Positions 18,967 to 28,700 of a stretch of 64,000 bases of DNA are shown here, in pieces; position 1 is the stretch's first letter, and each line of letters opens with the position of its first letter. The notes below the pieces were generated by a model, which searched no databases, had not been told where the DNA came from, and saw only the letters and a list, made by a program, of their open reading frames with translations. The stretch is from positions 75,569 to 139,568 of the forward strand of contig BOLA01000001.1 of NCBI GenBank assembly GCA_016861265.1, written 5' to 3'. This stretch comes from Patescibacteria group bacterium (GTDB lineage: Bacteria > Patescibacteriota > Dojkabacteria > J137). Both the position numbers and the translations under genes were made by a program.

Positions 18967-19152
18967 CAGGGCACAAAGTCTTGTCTTTAACGGATATAGA
19001 AAGGACACCCTATATGAAAACCAAAAAGTTCACCTTCCCTTGCTCCCTAGCAGGGAAGGGGGTGATCCAATTCTAGTCTAGTTTACTAGGCGCTGTTAGG
19101 TTTAATCCGCCTGACCCGGGGTGAGTGCTTGCACTCACCCATTGGATTTTTA
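18967..19152 (+). ncRNA. Candidate ~185-nt structured small RNA or leader of unknown family
   Basis: Sits between its own promoter and a terminator-like hairpin (GGTGAGTGC-ttg-GCACTCACC at 19119-19138, followed by a U-rich tract). Internal hairpins are AGACA...TGTCT, CCTTCCCTTGCT/AGCAGGGAAGG and AGGCG...CGCCT. No ORF. Confidence 0.25.
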
Positions 19153-19242
19153 AATTTCCTTCTTTCTCTTTTAACACTCATTGGTATTACCTTACCAAGT
19201 TTTGGATTTACCAAATAAGTATTTAGCCTTATCATTTTAGTT

Positions 19243-20070
19243 ATGAATGAATATAAAAAAATTGAGAAAGCTTTAATCTTTATTGCAGAAAACTACAAAA
19301 AGCAACCAACTCTTAGGCAAATTGCAGATTCGGTGGAAATGAATGAATATAACTTTCAGAAGTTATTTACCGCTTGGGCAGGCATAAGCCCAAAGCAGTT
19401 TTTAAGTTTTATAAATATCAATAGTGCTCAGAGGGTAATTAAAAGCGGAGGAAGCCTTATTGATGCCACATATAACGTTGGCCTATCCAGTACAAGTAGA
19501 TTACATGATCTATTTGTAAATATTACTGCAATGACACCGGCAGAATATAAGAATAATGGCGTTAATCTAAGTATTAATTACAGTTTTAATTCGAGCTGCT
19601 TTGGCGAATATTTAATAGCATCCACGAATAAAGGTATCTGCGACATAATTTTCGGAGATAATAAATTAACACTACTAGAATTAAAGAAAAAATGGGAGAA
19701 TGCTACTTTTACTGAACAAAGAAATGCGCAGCATAAACTCGTACACGATTTTATTGAAAATAAAATTAAACTCGGTGAGAAAATAAAGCTACATTTGAAA
19801 GGCACTAATTTTCAGCTTAGTGTATGGAAGGCCTTGTTAATGATTCCAGAAAATCAGCTAACCACATATTCAAATATTGCCAACAAATTGAATTCGAAGG
19901 CATATAGAGCAGTTGGCACCGCAATTGGAAGTAATCCTGTAGCATACATTATTCCATGCCATAGAGTAATAAAATCAACTGGAGAGTTTGGAAATTACAG
20001 ATGGGGAACACAATTAAAAATTGCAATGATTGCACTTGAGAACAAACAGCAAAGGAATATTACAATATGA
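19243..20070 (+). CDS. Ada-like bifunctional protein: AraC-family HTH domain plus O6-methylguanine-DNA methyltransferase domain
   Basis: N-terminal AraC HTH (TLRQIADSVEMNEYNFQKLF...). C-terminal MGMT active-site motif IPCHRVI. Confidence 0.8.
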   Translation: MNEYKKIEKALIFIAENYKKQPTLRQIADSVEMNEYNFQKLFTAWAGISPKQFLSFININSAQRVIKSGGSLIDATYNVGLSSTSRLHDLFVNITAMTPAEYKNNGVNLSINYSFNSSCFGEYLIASTNKGICDIIFGDNKLTLLELKKKWENATFTEQRNAQHKLVHDFIENKIKLGEKIKLHLKGTNFQLSVWKALLMIPENQLTTYSNIANKLNSKAYRAVGTAIGSNPVAYIIPCHRVIKSTGEFGNYRWGTQLKIAMIALENKQQRNITI

Positions 20071-20247
20071 AGCAGTAAGAAGAGTAAAGTGTTTTATTTT
20101 TTACTAACGAAGTAATCTTTGAAGATTATTGTTAATATTCCTTTGATCAACTTGAATTTAGTATCTACCTTTTCTATTAATACTTAATAAAGGTATTGTA
20201 AATGTTTGGTAAATACTCGGGAATTTAGTTTTAAATGTGAATAATCA

Positions 20248-21177
20248 CTACGATATATTCTTAGCTTTTAAACTTATTAGTATGGAATCTAATTTTTCGA
20301 GTGTTGACTCACTTGTTATTGTAGGTGTGATTCCAAATTTATATGCATTTGCTGTATAAGGAGTATTCGTACCATCTTTAATTGTAAAACTTAGTTCATC
20401 TAATTTTATAATTTGAGCATCTATTCCACACGCTGTATTAAAGTAGCTTGAGAAATCTTTTGCATAGTACAGAACATTATTCACTCTCCTAAATCTGTGG
20501 TTAAGTGTATTTATATCCACGTACTCTGCATTCTTAAGATTAACAACAGTAGTTGTTCCAATTTCGAGTGCTTCAGTTTCTGTCTTAATAGACTGTACAT
20601 AATTTGCTTGTGTATCTTGAAATTCAGCTAACGATAAACACCCGCCTGCACCACCAATTCCATCAATCCCTTTTAAGGTAAACACAATGGAGTTATTTTC
20701 GTCGGTTATTTCTAGACCTGTTAATCCGCTAAATGAAACTTCTCCGGTATCTGCAAAGGCACTCATTCCGTTTTTATCCGAATATTCTTTTATATTCCAA
20801 CCTCCAGGCAAGTTGGCAATTACAAATTTGCCAACAAAAGTTGATGTGGTAGATTCATTCATTTCTTCATCAGATTCAGTATTATTCGTAGTATTAGTTG
20901 AGTTTGTAGTTGTATTTACAATTTCTTCAGTAACTGTCTGATTATTACTTGTAGTAGATACTTCTTGTTTGTAAGTAAAGAGTCCCAAAAATCCTAGAAC
21001 CGATAGTACCAACCCGCATAAAATACACACAAATACGATTCCGATAATAACTAATATTAATTTCTTATTACTCTTTTGTGTTTTTTCCATAATATATTTA
21101 ATAATTACTAGAGTATAGAACATATAAAGTAAATGTAAAAGAATTTTGGTCACCAACAGCACGTCAGTGACGTTCAC
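20248..21177 (-). CDS. Hypothetical membrane-anchored protein with a Thr/Asn-rich linker
   Basis: N-terminal TM helix (LILVIIGIVFVCILCGLVLSVLGFLGLF), then TTSNNQTVTEEIVNTTTNSTNTTNNTESDEE, then a globular C-domain. The true start may be the internal Met (MEKTQKSNKK, ~21090). Confidence 0.4.
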   Translation of the reverse strand: MNVTDVLLVTKILLHLLYMFYTLVIIKYIMEKTQKSNKKLILVIIGIVFVCILCGLVLSVLGFLGLFTYKQEVSTTSNNQTVTEEIVNTTTNSTNTTNNTESDEEMNESTTSTFVGKFVIANLPGGWNIKEYSDKNGMSAFADTGEVSFSGLTGLEITDENNSIVFTLKGIDGIGGAGGCLSLAEFQDTQANYVQSIKTETEALEIGTTTVVNLKNAEYVDINTLNHRFRRVNNVLYYAKDFSSYFNTACGIDAQIIKLDELSFTIKDGTNTPYTANAYKFGITPTITSESTLEKLDSILISLKAKNIS

Positions 21178-21262
21178 GTTTGAATGTTAAGTAAATATTT
21201 TGTAAACTTAAGAGGGTTCGCTACAAAATTCCTCCACATCCATATTTTTTAAATGTCTTCTA

Positions 21263-21880
21263 ATGAGTAATAATTCACAGCTAGACGATGCTAATGAGAT
21301 TATAGATGCACCCAAGGTGGAAATAATATATAAGCAAACAAAGACGCCTATCGTTAGTAAGATTATGAGAGTTGATTTAGTTTTACGAAGTTCGCAAATT
21401 GACGATATTTTAAGCAATAAGTATCCCACAATAATTGCGGGTAGTAATTTAGCTGAGATTGTTAATCAGCAGTATGCAAAAAATTTTCTATCTGATTGGT
21501 TCAGTAATAAAAATTTACCTAATATAATAAGAAACCTAAATAAACTTACAAAGAAGAAGATTGATGATTACTTGATAGATACTACAAATAAACCTGAACT
21601 TAACTCCGAATTTGAGGATATTCTTGAAGGTAGAACAGCAATAAGAAACAGTCTAATTACTAGTTGCATTAGACAGGTTGCTTTAGATCTTGAAGGTGAA
21701 TTAAATTTACCCTTTAATCATTTGCATAGAATTTGTTTTATTCTTGTTCTTGCACCAGGTCAAACCCAAATTCATTTGGGCTCAATTCCAGTACATCACA
21801 ATCAAGCCACACACTCAATGTTAATTGACTTGGTCAGGCAAAGACTGGTTACAGGACTATTAAATGATTACCAATTCTAA
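21263..21880 (+). CDS. Hypothetical protein (205 aa)
   Basis: ATG-to-stop ORF. No recognizable motif. Confidence 0.35.
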   Translation: MSNNSQLDDANEIIDAPKVEIIYKQTKTPIVSKIMRVDLVLRSSQIDDILSNKYPTIIAGSNLAEIVNQQYAKNFLSDWFSNKNLPNIIRNLNKLTKKKIDDYLIDTTNKPELNSEFEDILEGRTAIRNSLITSCIRQVALDLEGELNLPFNHLHRICFILVLAPGQTQIHLGSIPVHHNQATHSMLIDLVRQRLVTGLLNDYQF

Positions 21881-21908
21881 AACTAAACTATTTTTTTATT
21901 ATTATTCT

Positions 21909-22184
21909 ATGGACAAGTTTTTTGCTATATCTGAACCAACTCGACGCAATATAATTGAAATGCTAGCAAACGGAATTCATTTATCTGCTACACAAATTTA
22001 CGATCATTTTGACGTTAGCCAGTCAGCAATCTCACAACATTTAAAGGTATTAAAGGAAGCCAATATTGTTAAGGTTGAAAAACATGCCCAACATAGAATC
22101 TACACTCTAAATACCGATGCAATAGAAGAAATAGAAACTTGGACAAAGACATTACATCAGTGTACCGAGGAGAAATCAAGATGA
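21909..22184 (+). CDS. ArsR/SmtB-family metalloregulator-type transcriptional regulator
   Basis: Winged-HTH MDKFFAISEPTRRNIIEMLANGIHLSATQIYDHFDVSQSAISQHLKVLKEANIV. The start is placed at the internal Met (the longest ORF begins at 21864). Confidence 0.75.
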   Translation: MDKFFAISEPTRRNIIEMLANGIHLSATQIYDHFDVSQSAISQHLKVLKEANIVKVEKHAQHRIYTLNTDAIEEIETWTKTLHQCTEEKSR

Positions 22185-22263
22185 AGTCAAGATCAATAAA
22201 AATAATAGCTCTTTTAGCGTTTATTAATGTAAAATTTATTATTAATTTAGTTTTTGCTTAATT

Positions 22264-22551
22264 ATGTGCAGAAGCATTAGAAATCTATTTAATTTTGATC
22301 CTCCTGCAACCGATCAAGAGATTCACGATGCGGCCTTACAATTTGTAAGAAAACTATCCGGATTTAACTCGCCTTCTGAAAAAAATTCAGATATATTCTA
22401 TAAGTCAGTTGATCAGGTTGCAGTTGCAGCAAGAGAATTATTGGATAATTTAGTGACACAAGCAGAACCTAAGAATAGACAGGTAGAAGCATTAAAGACT
22501 AGGGCAAGAAATGCAAAGCGTTTTGGTAATACCAATTTAGTTATAGTTTAA
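22264..22551 (+). CDS. DUF2277-family conserved small protein
   Basis: MCRSIRNLFNFDPPATDQEIHDAALQFVRKLSGF matches the DUF2277 signature (MCRNIK.LFNFEPPATDEEI..AALQFVRK.SG) recalled from memory. Confidence 0.55.
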   Translation: MCRSIRNLFNFDPPATDQEIHDAALQFVRKLSGFNSPSEKNSDIFYKSVDQVAVAARELLDNLVTQAEPKNRQVEALKTRARNAKRFGNTNLVIV

Positions 22552-22553
22552 CT

Positions 22554-22829
22554 ATGGAATGTGAACACTTAAAAAGTAAGAATGCCCAGAATATAATTCA
22601 AAAATCTAACTATGTTAAATTTGAATGCGAAGAATGCAGAAAAATAAACAGTTGGTGGGTTCACTTAAGAATATGTCAGGATTGTGGAAAAATGCTTTGT
22701 TGCGATTCCTCTCCTAACCAACATGCCAGAAAACATTATAAAGATAAAGACCATAAAGTAATAAGTTCAGCGGAAATGGGCGAAAACTGGTTGTACTGCT
22801 ACGAAGACGATAATACAAAAAATTATTAA
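22554..22829 (+). CDS. UBP-type zinc-finger (zf-UBP) domain protein
   Basis: Cys/His pattern CEHL...CEECRKINSWWVHLRICQDCGKMLCC...HARKHYKDKDHK. It lies 3 nt after the DUF2277 gene. Confidence 0.55.
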   Translation: MECEHLKSKNAQNIIQKSNYVKFECEECRKINSWWVHLRICQDCGKMLCCDSSPNQHARKHYKDKDHKVISSAEMGENWLYCYEDDNTKNY

Positions 22830-22836
22830 GATCAAA

Positions 22837-23280
22837 ATGAATAAAATATTACCCGATAAGATCACAAACGATTTCAAAGCAAATAAGATTCTTATTTATG
22901 TATTTTGTTTAATTACCCTAATTACAATTGCCAGAAGTTTAATACATATTTTTGCTATTGATGGTGGTGCACAGAGCATAGCAGGTTTCCCCCTCGAAAC
23001 TTACTCACCGGAAGCAAGTAAAGTAGTGGTATTAATTTTCTCGGTGTGGGGATTATCTCAATTAATCATGGGAATTTTTTATTTAATTGTATTATTAAAA
23101 TATAAAAGCCTTATTCCACTAATGTACCTGTTTTTGTTTTTAGAATATACGGGAAGATTGTTACTTGGAATTTACAAGTCCGCTGAATCTACACATGTTG
23201 TTCCGGGATCGATCGCAAACTACTTAATGATTCCCCTTTCACTAGTTTTGTTTATTCTGTGTCTGAGACATAAATCTTAA
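22837..23280 (+). CDS. Hypothetical integral membrane protein (4 TM)
   Basis: Four hydrophobic segments. Tightly packed in the same operon. Confidence 0.45.
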   Translation: MNKILPDKITNDFKANKILIYVFCLITLITIARSLIHIFAIDGGAQSIAGFPLETYSPEASKVVVLIFSVWGLSQLIMGIFYLIVLLKYKSLIPLMYLFLFLEYTGRLLLGIYKSAESTHVVPGSIANYLMIPLSLVLFILCLRHKS

Positions 23281-23298
23281 TCTTGAAAGTTAATAAGA

Positions 23299-24129
23299 AT
23301 GGTAAAAAAATTCAAATTCACTAAATCGAAAAATAGACTGACAAAAGCTATAGAAGTATTCGTGCTATATTTTAATTCTCTCGCAAAAAGAGTAAAGCTT
23401 AAAACAAGAGTTTTGCTAATTAGATTAAGTCGTAAATTCAAGAAGTTTATTTATAATTTAAGAATAGATAGAAGATATCAATTTGTAACAGCTTCACTGT
23501 TTATTTTCACCTTCACCCTTATTATATTCATTATAGGTAGTTTAATTACTGATAAACCAATTACACCAGTTGAGGACACTAAAAATATAGATAACCATAT
23601 ACCATCCATTATTACCTACTCTGTTGACACACCATCGGAAACTCCAATTACGACTGCGGAAAATACATTTTCTTGGACAGGCAAGGAAAATGATCCTAAA
23701 TACATTACAATACCCAGCATAAATACTGAAGGTTATATAATTAATGTTGGAATTGATCAAAATGGAGCTATGGCAGTACCACCCAATGTTCACTTAGCTG
23801 GATGGTTTATAGAATCAGTAAGACCTGGACAAAAAGGTTTAAGCATAATAGATGGACATGTTGATGGTACAAGTGTAGGTGGAATATTCAGACATTTAAA
23901 TGAATTAAATGAGGGCGACAGATTTACAATCACTATGGGGGACGAGAAAGTACTAAACTATGTTATTAGGCAAAAGCATACTGTTAAAACAGAAGAAGCC
24001 GCAAACATACTATTCTCAAAAGATAGTGCAATCCAGAGTCAACTCAACCTAATTACCTGTGGAGGTACCTATCTTGAAGATCAAAGAACCTACGATCATA
24101 GGGTGATTGTGGTTGCTGAACTTGAATAA
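23299..24129 (+). CDS. srt: Sortase-family transpeptidase (class E/F-like) with an N-terminal membrane anchor
   Basis: Catalytic His (IIDGHVDG). TLxTC motif (LNLITCGG). Conserved Arg (HRVIVVAE). N-terminal TM helix. Confidence 0.8.
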   Translation: MVKKFKFTKSKNRLTKAIEVFVLYFNSLAKRVKLKTRVLLIRLSRKFKKFIYNLRIDRRYQFVTASLFIFTFTLIIFIIGSLITDKPITPVEDTKNIDNHIPSIITYSVDTPSETPITTAENTFSWTGKENDPKYITIPSINTEGYIINVGIDQNGAMAVPPNVHLAGWFIESVRPGQKGLSIIDGHVDGTSVGGIFRHLNELNEGDRFTITMGDEKVLNYVIRQKHTVKTEEAANILFSKDSAIQSQLNLITCGGTYLEDQRTYDHRVIVVAELE

Positions 24130-24130
24130 A

Positions 24131-24160
24131 GCCTCGATGCCCAAATTCACCGAGGCTACT
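24131..24160 (+). terminator. Intrinsic terminator-like hairpin after the sortase gene (AGCCTCG...CGAGGCT)
   Basis: Inverted repeat. Weak U-tract. Confidence 0.4.
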
Positions 24161-24352
24161 ATTTGGATAAAATAGCACTGCACCGGTTCCGAGAAAAGCT
24201 TACAGCAACATGGGTGTGTGCATTAGAAACTGTTAGTGCAAGTAAATCTTGCTGGTTCCTGCTTTTTTATCCTGAAAGAACAACAGCTATTTACTAATTT
24301 TAATTTCGTTTTTTAATAGCTATTTAATATAAATTAGAAAAAAGCTATTTAA

Positions 24353-24370
24353 AGTGATTCAAATCACAAT
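24353..24370. promoter_or_regulatory. Crp/Fnr-type palindromic box AAGTGATtcaaATCACAA (GTGA-N6-TCAC), ~60 bp upstream of the Crp-family gene
   Basis: Perfect inverted repeat with CRP spacing. Flanked by three AGCTATTTA direct repeats (24285, 24318, 24351). Confidence 0.5.
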
Positions 24371-24425
24371 ACAAGTTTGAAAATTTTCCTGGCAAGGTTA
24401 TTATTATCTGTAACAGAAATCACTG

Positions 24426-25079
24426 TTGGATAATTCTATTATTTATCTTAAGAACATAAAAGAGATAAACTTTAATATCTACCCGATAAAATACTTTAGA
24501 AGTAAACAGTTAATTTTTACCCCAGGCAAATTACCGGCTAATATTTATTACATAGAAACTGGATATATAAAAGTCTATAGAATAACGAGTAACGGTCTTG
24601 AAATTGTATTTACCATTCTTAAACCTGAATCTTTTATTCCATTATTAATGGTATTAGGTAATTTAAAGAATGATTTTTACTTTGAAGCACTTACCGACTG
24701 CAGAGCCAGGATATTAACATTCGATCAATTTAGACAATTGGTAAAACTTTACCCTCAAATGCATTCATTATTAGTTGAAAGGCTTATAAAGGGTTACTCG
24801 AATTTAGTAGAGAGATTAGAAATGCTTAACACTAACGATGCCTTAACAAGAGTCGCAACAGCTATACTCTATCTTAATAATGTATTCGGGCAAGTTGATG
24901 ACAACAAAATAACATTTCCAGTTAAGTTTTCCCATGAGCTAATTTCAGGATTAGCATTTACTACAAGAGAAACCGCATCCCGAAAGATTGAGGAGCTTAA
25001 TAGTCAAAAGATAATCTCCACAGGTTATAGCAATATGCAAATTAATGACCTTGAAGGATTAAAGAAGATCGCACAATAG
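24426..25079 (+). CDS. Crp/Fnr-family transcriptional regulator (cNMP-binding domain plus HTH)
   Basis: cNMP-binding beta-roll (IYYIETGYIKVYRITSNGLEIVFTIL). C-terminal HTH_Crp (SHELISGLAFTTRETASRKIEELNSQKII). Confidence 0.8.
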   Translation: MDNSIIYLKNIKEINFNIYPIKYFRSKQLIFTPGKLPANIYYIETGYIKVYRITSNGLEIVFTILKPESFIPLLMVLGNLKNDFYFEALTDCRARILTFDQFRQLVKLYPQMHSLLVERLIKGYSNLVERLEMLNTNDALTRVATAILYLNNVFGQVDDNKITFPVKFSHELISGLAFTTRETASRKIEELNSQKIISTGYSNMQINDLEGLKKIAQ

Positions 25080-25088
25080 TATTACAAT

Positions 25089-25739
25089 TTATAAATTTGC
25101 AAGTAAATTCTTTACAGTTTCATTGTCTGGGTTTATTTTTAGAATTTCGTTGTAAGCTTCCCTTGCCTTATCTTTTAGTCCGCCATCACGGTAGGCATTC
25201 GCCAATGTAAGTAATAATGATTCTTTATTGTTGGGGCTATTTTCTATGCCTTTTAAATACACTCCATAACCCATTTCAGGTTTCTGTAGAACGTAAATAT
25301 ACAAATTCGCAAGATTAACATAAACATTCAATTGCGATTTATCAAGGTCTATAGATTTTTGATATGAATCTACCGCATTCTGATACTCGGCGTTATCTCT
25401 ATAAATATTACCCAAATTATTGTACAAAACTGCATCGTTTGGATTTAATTCCTTCTCCCTTAAGTACTGCTCTTTGGAACCTTCGAGATCACCAGTTGCA
25501 TATAGTGCTACTGCATAATTTCTAATTGATTTGACATCACTACCCTGGGCCTTATCGGCTAGTGCAGGTAAGTCATTCTTATAAGATTCGATTATTGGGT
25601 TTACATTTGTAGCATTATTAACTACTGGAGCCGCAACTTTATTATTTGAAGCCATATACATTGCAAATCCTATCAGTAGTATTAATACAAGAATTCCCAC
25701 TATTGTAATTAATATTATTTTTGTTTTATTCATATGCAA
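25089..25739 (-). CDS. TPR-repeat protein with an N-terminal TM anchor
   Basis: N-terminal TM (IILITIVGILVLILLIGFAMYMA). Multiple TPR-like repeats (AVALYATGDLEGSKEQY, LGNIYRDNAEYQNAVDSYQKSIDLD, ...). Confidence 0.7.
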   Translation of the reverse strand: MHMNKTKIILITIVGILVLILLIGFAMYMASNNKVAAPVVNNATNVNPIIESYKNDLPALADKAQGSDVKSIRNYAVALYATGDLEGSKEQYLREKELNPNDAVLYNNLGNIYRDNAEYQNAVDSYQKSIDLDKSQLNVYVNLANLYIYVLQKPEMGYGVYLKGIENSPNNKESLLLTLANAYRDGGLKDKAREAYNEILKINPDNETVKNLLANL

Positions 25740-25751
25740 TTATTGTACAGT

Positions 25752-28700
25752 TTAATTACTGAAAATTAAATCATATATATATTCCACGAAAGATCTTGGT
25801 TTAAAGTCAAATGTTAGTGGTGCAGTTGAAACATTGGTATTATAAACGGTGGCAGTTACTTTACCTTGATCTGTTGCAAATTTATTCCTACTTACAAATA
25901 TCTTCCAATAACCATTCTTGTCTGATGTTACAGAACCTAAAATATTATTCTGTTCATCTTTTACTACAACAATTTGATTTGGGATTGAAGTTCCAGAAAT
26001 GCTTACATGACCATTACTTAATATTAATGAACCTTGTCGCGGTGATAGAATTGCTACGACAGGAACATCTACAGTTATTGGCACAGTTCCCTCGTCATCA
26101 CTAAAGTAGCCTTCGTCAACATCTATAATTACAGGTGTGGTAGGAACATTTGGAACTGTAACTGGTACCGTAGGTGTAATTTGTGGTTGTTGAGGTGTTA
26201 TAACAGGTTGCTGAGGTTGTGTTGGTTCTACAGGAACTGGATTTGTTGTAACTGTTGGTGTTGAATAAGCAATAACACCTGCAAAGCTAACTTTAATTGC
26301 GTTCTGATATGTACCTGCAGTACGTACTGGATAATATAGTCCATTTTGTGTAATTGTACCTGCATTTGAATTTGCCATCTCCCAGATAAGACTTACGTTA
26401 GTCATTGATTGATTGAATTGATCGTAAACTACCGCAGTTAACTGTTGATTATTATTCTCGTTGACTGTAAAGCTAGATGGATTAACTACTATTGTGGTCG
26501 GTGTTAGTGCTGCTACAACTATTGTACTAGTAGCAGGAGTTAAAGCGTTACCAGATGCAGTAAATGTAAAGTTTCCCGATGTGGAATCTTTATAGTAAAT
26601 ATTTACACACGATTGACCAGTTTGTATATCTGCAGTATTAATTCCCCATGGTCCTGCAACGATAGTTGCAAATTCACCTGAATTAGAACTGGAATTTAAA
26701 TTAATTGTTCTTGGCAAGTTTGTTACAACTTGATTACCAAATTGATCCTTTAAACATATATTAATTGCTTCTGTAGAATAACCGGCATAGGTAGCAATCG
26801 ATAATGGCGAGATAGTAATTATTGATGCACTATCTGCGACCGCATCTGCATTAAATGTAATTGTTGTTGTAACTCCTTCTACAGATGCCACCACACTTTG
26901 ATTACCTACAGCAGTACCCAATGTCCACACTGTACTAACTTCTCCAGTTAGTTCATCGACGGTATTAGGAACGGCTACCGATCCATTACCGGTTGTAACA
27001 GTAAATACTACTGTTTTATCCAGTGCAGGTCTTCCCTGATTGTCTAGAACAATTACCTTTAAAGGGTCTTGCAATAATTGTCCTGCGACTCCCATTTGAT
27101 TATTTCCCGAAACATAATAAAGAACATAATCAGCATAGGTTACAGTTATTTCATTAGATGTTCCTTCTATTGTGCCATCCTTTAGTGTTATGGCAATAGT
27201 TTCGGCTTTGTACAATGTTGTGGTTAAGGTTGTAGTTGCTTCGCTGTTGGCGAATTCAACACTTGTAGTATATGTTGGAGTATTTCCGCTAACTGGATCC
27301 TGAGTTGGTCCTGAATAAATTAATGTTTTTGTACCAAAGTAATCTGAACTCAAGTTAGCAAATTCATCAATTGTTTTAACGGATACTAAGTTAAAACTAA
27401 CACCGGACTGAACAGTGGATGGAGCTACAATCTGAAAGTTTTTTGTAGCTGCAGCACTTACATTTATAGGCTCTGAAGTACCAGTTAAATTATCTTCAGT
27501 AATTGAAATGCTTAATAAAACACTTTCGGCTTTAACTAGGGTTATTGGAACTGTTGCTGCACCATTAACAAACTCTACAGAAGTGGTTAGCGTTGGATTA
27601 ATATTGTTAAGGCTTATGCTTGCTCCAGAATAATCAAGTAACTTTACGCCACTGTAATCAGGTATTGCGTTCCCCTCTTCATCCAGTACAGACAAGCTTA
27701 ATTGAAATTCCTGACCTGCGACTACATTTGCTGGAGACTGTATAACTAAATTTGTTGGATTCTTTGGTGTTGCGGTAGCCTTAAATATTACGGGTGAACC
27801 ATTCGCACCGATAATTTGCGCCTGAACTTCGTCTGAATCAACTCCTGCAATTGACCCTAATCTAAATGTCTGACTTGCTACTCCATCTGAGTTTGTAATA
27901 GGATTATCAATTGATAAATATCCATCACCTTTAGTAATTACAAAACTTACTGGATAATTGTTCTTTGGATTTCCGAACAAGTCTTTAACAGATACTACCA
28001 ATGGATCAGCTAAGAAAGTATTAATTGTTGCCGTCTGATTATTTCCTGAAACATACTCAATACTACCAACTTCTCCAGGAGCTACATTAATATAAGATGT
28101 TGTTCCAGAAATAGTGCCATCTGAAATTGTTAGTTGGATTGATTCTTTTTTTACCAACTGTGTAGCAAGTGGGGTTACAGAAATACCGTTCTGGAATTCA
28201 ACTGCCGTTGTAAAAGTTGGACTACCCGAAGATGGACCATTTGATGCTCCAGTATATTGCAGTGTCTTTAATCCATTGTAATTTGTGTCTACATTCCCTA
28301 GATTATCATATGCAGTAATCGAATCAATATTAAAATCGACTCCTGCGATTGCACTTGTTGGTGAATTAATCGTGTAATATGCTGCTATGCCTGGATTGAC
28401 GGTAAATTGATTTGATGTTCCACTTAAATCATCAACTTGAACATTTAAGTTTATAGTTTCTGCTTTTACTAAAATTGTATTTAATGCGGTGGTAGAAACC
28501 CCATTGGTGAAATTAACACCTGTTGTAAATACTGGCAGAGTTCCAGTTGGACCATTTGATGCTCCGGAATAGCTCACTAATTTATTACCGTTAAAGCTTG
28601 TGTCTACATTATTAAATTCATCTAGGGCAGTAATTGAAATAATATCAAATTGCTGACCTGCAGTTACTGTATTTGGAACATTAACGCTCAAATGAGTTGC

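Noticed and set aside
18967-19152. Assignment of the candidate RNA to tmRNA, SRP RNA or RNase P RNA
   Set aside because: It is too short for RNase P or tmRNA. It lacks the tmRNA tag ORF and tRNA-like end, and lacks the SRP domain IV motif. Left as unclassified.
19578-19805. 75-aa minus-strand ORF inside the ada-like gene. Similarly 59447-59716 inside the GT4 gene, 57699-58109 and 57736-57945 inside the coiled-coil gene, 62453-63538 ORFs inside pyk, and 17159-17548 inside ligD
   Set aside because: They are antisense or alternate-frame ORFs within recognizable genes.
21864-21908. 5' extension of the ArsR ORF (MITNSKTKLFFYYYS...)
   Set aside because: The family-typical N-terminus begins at MDKFFAISEPTRR. 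The extension overlaps the preceding gene's end.
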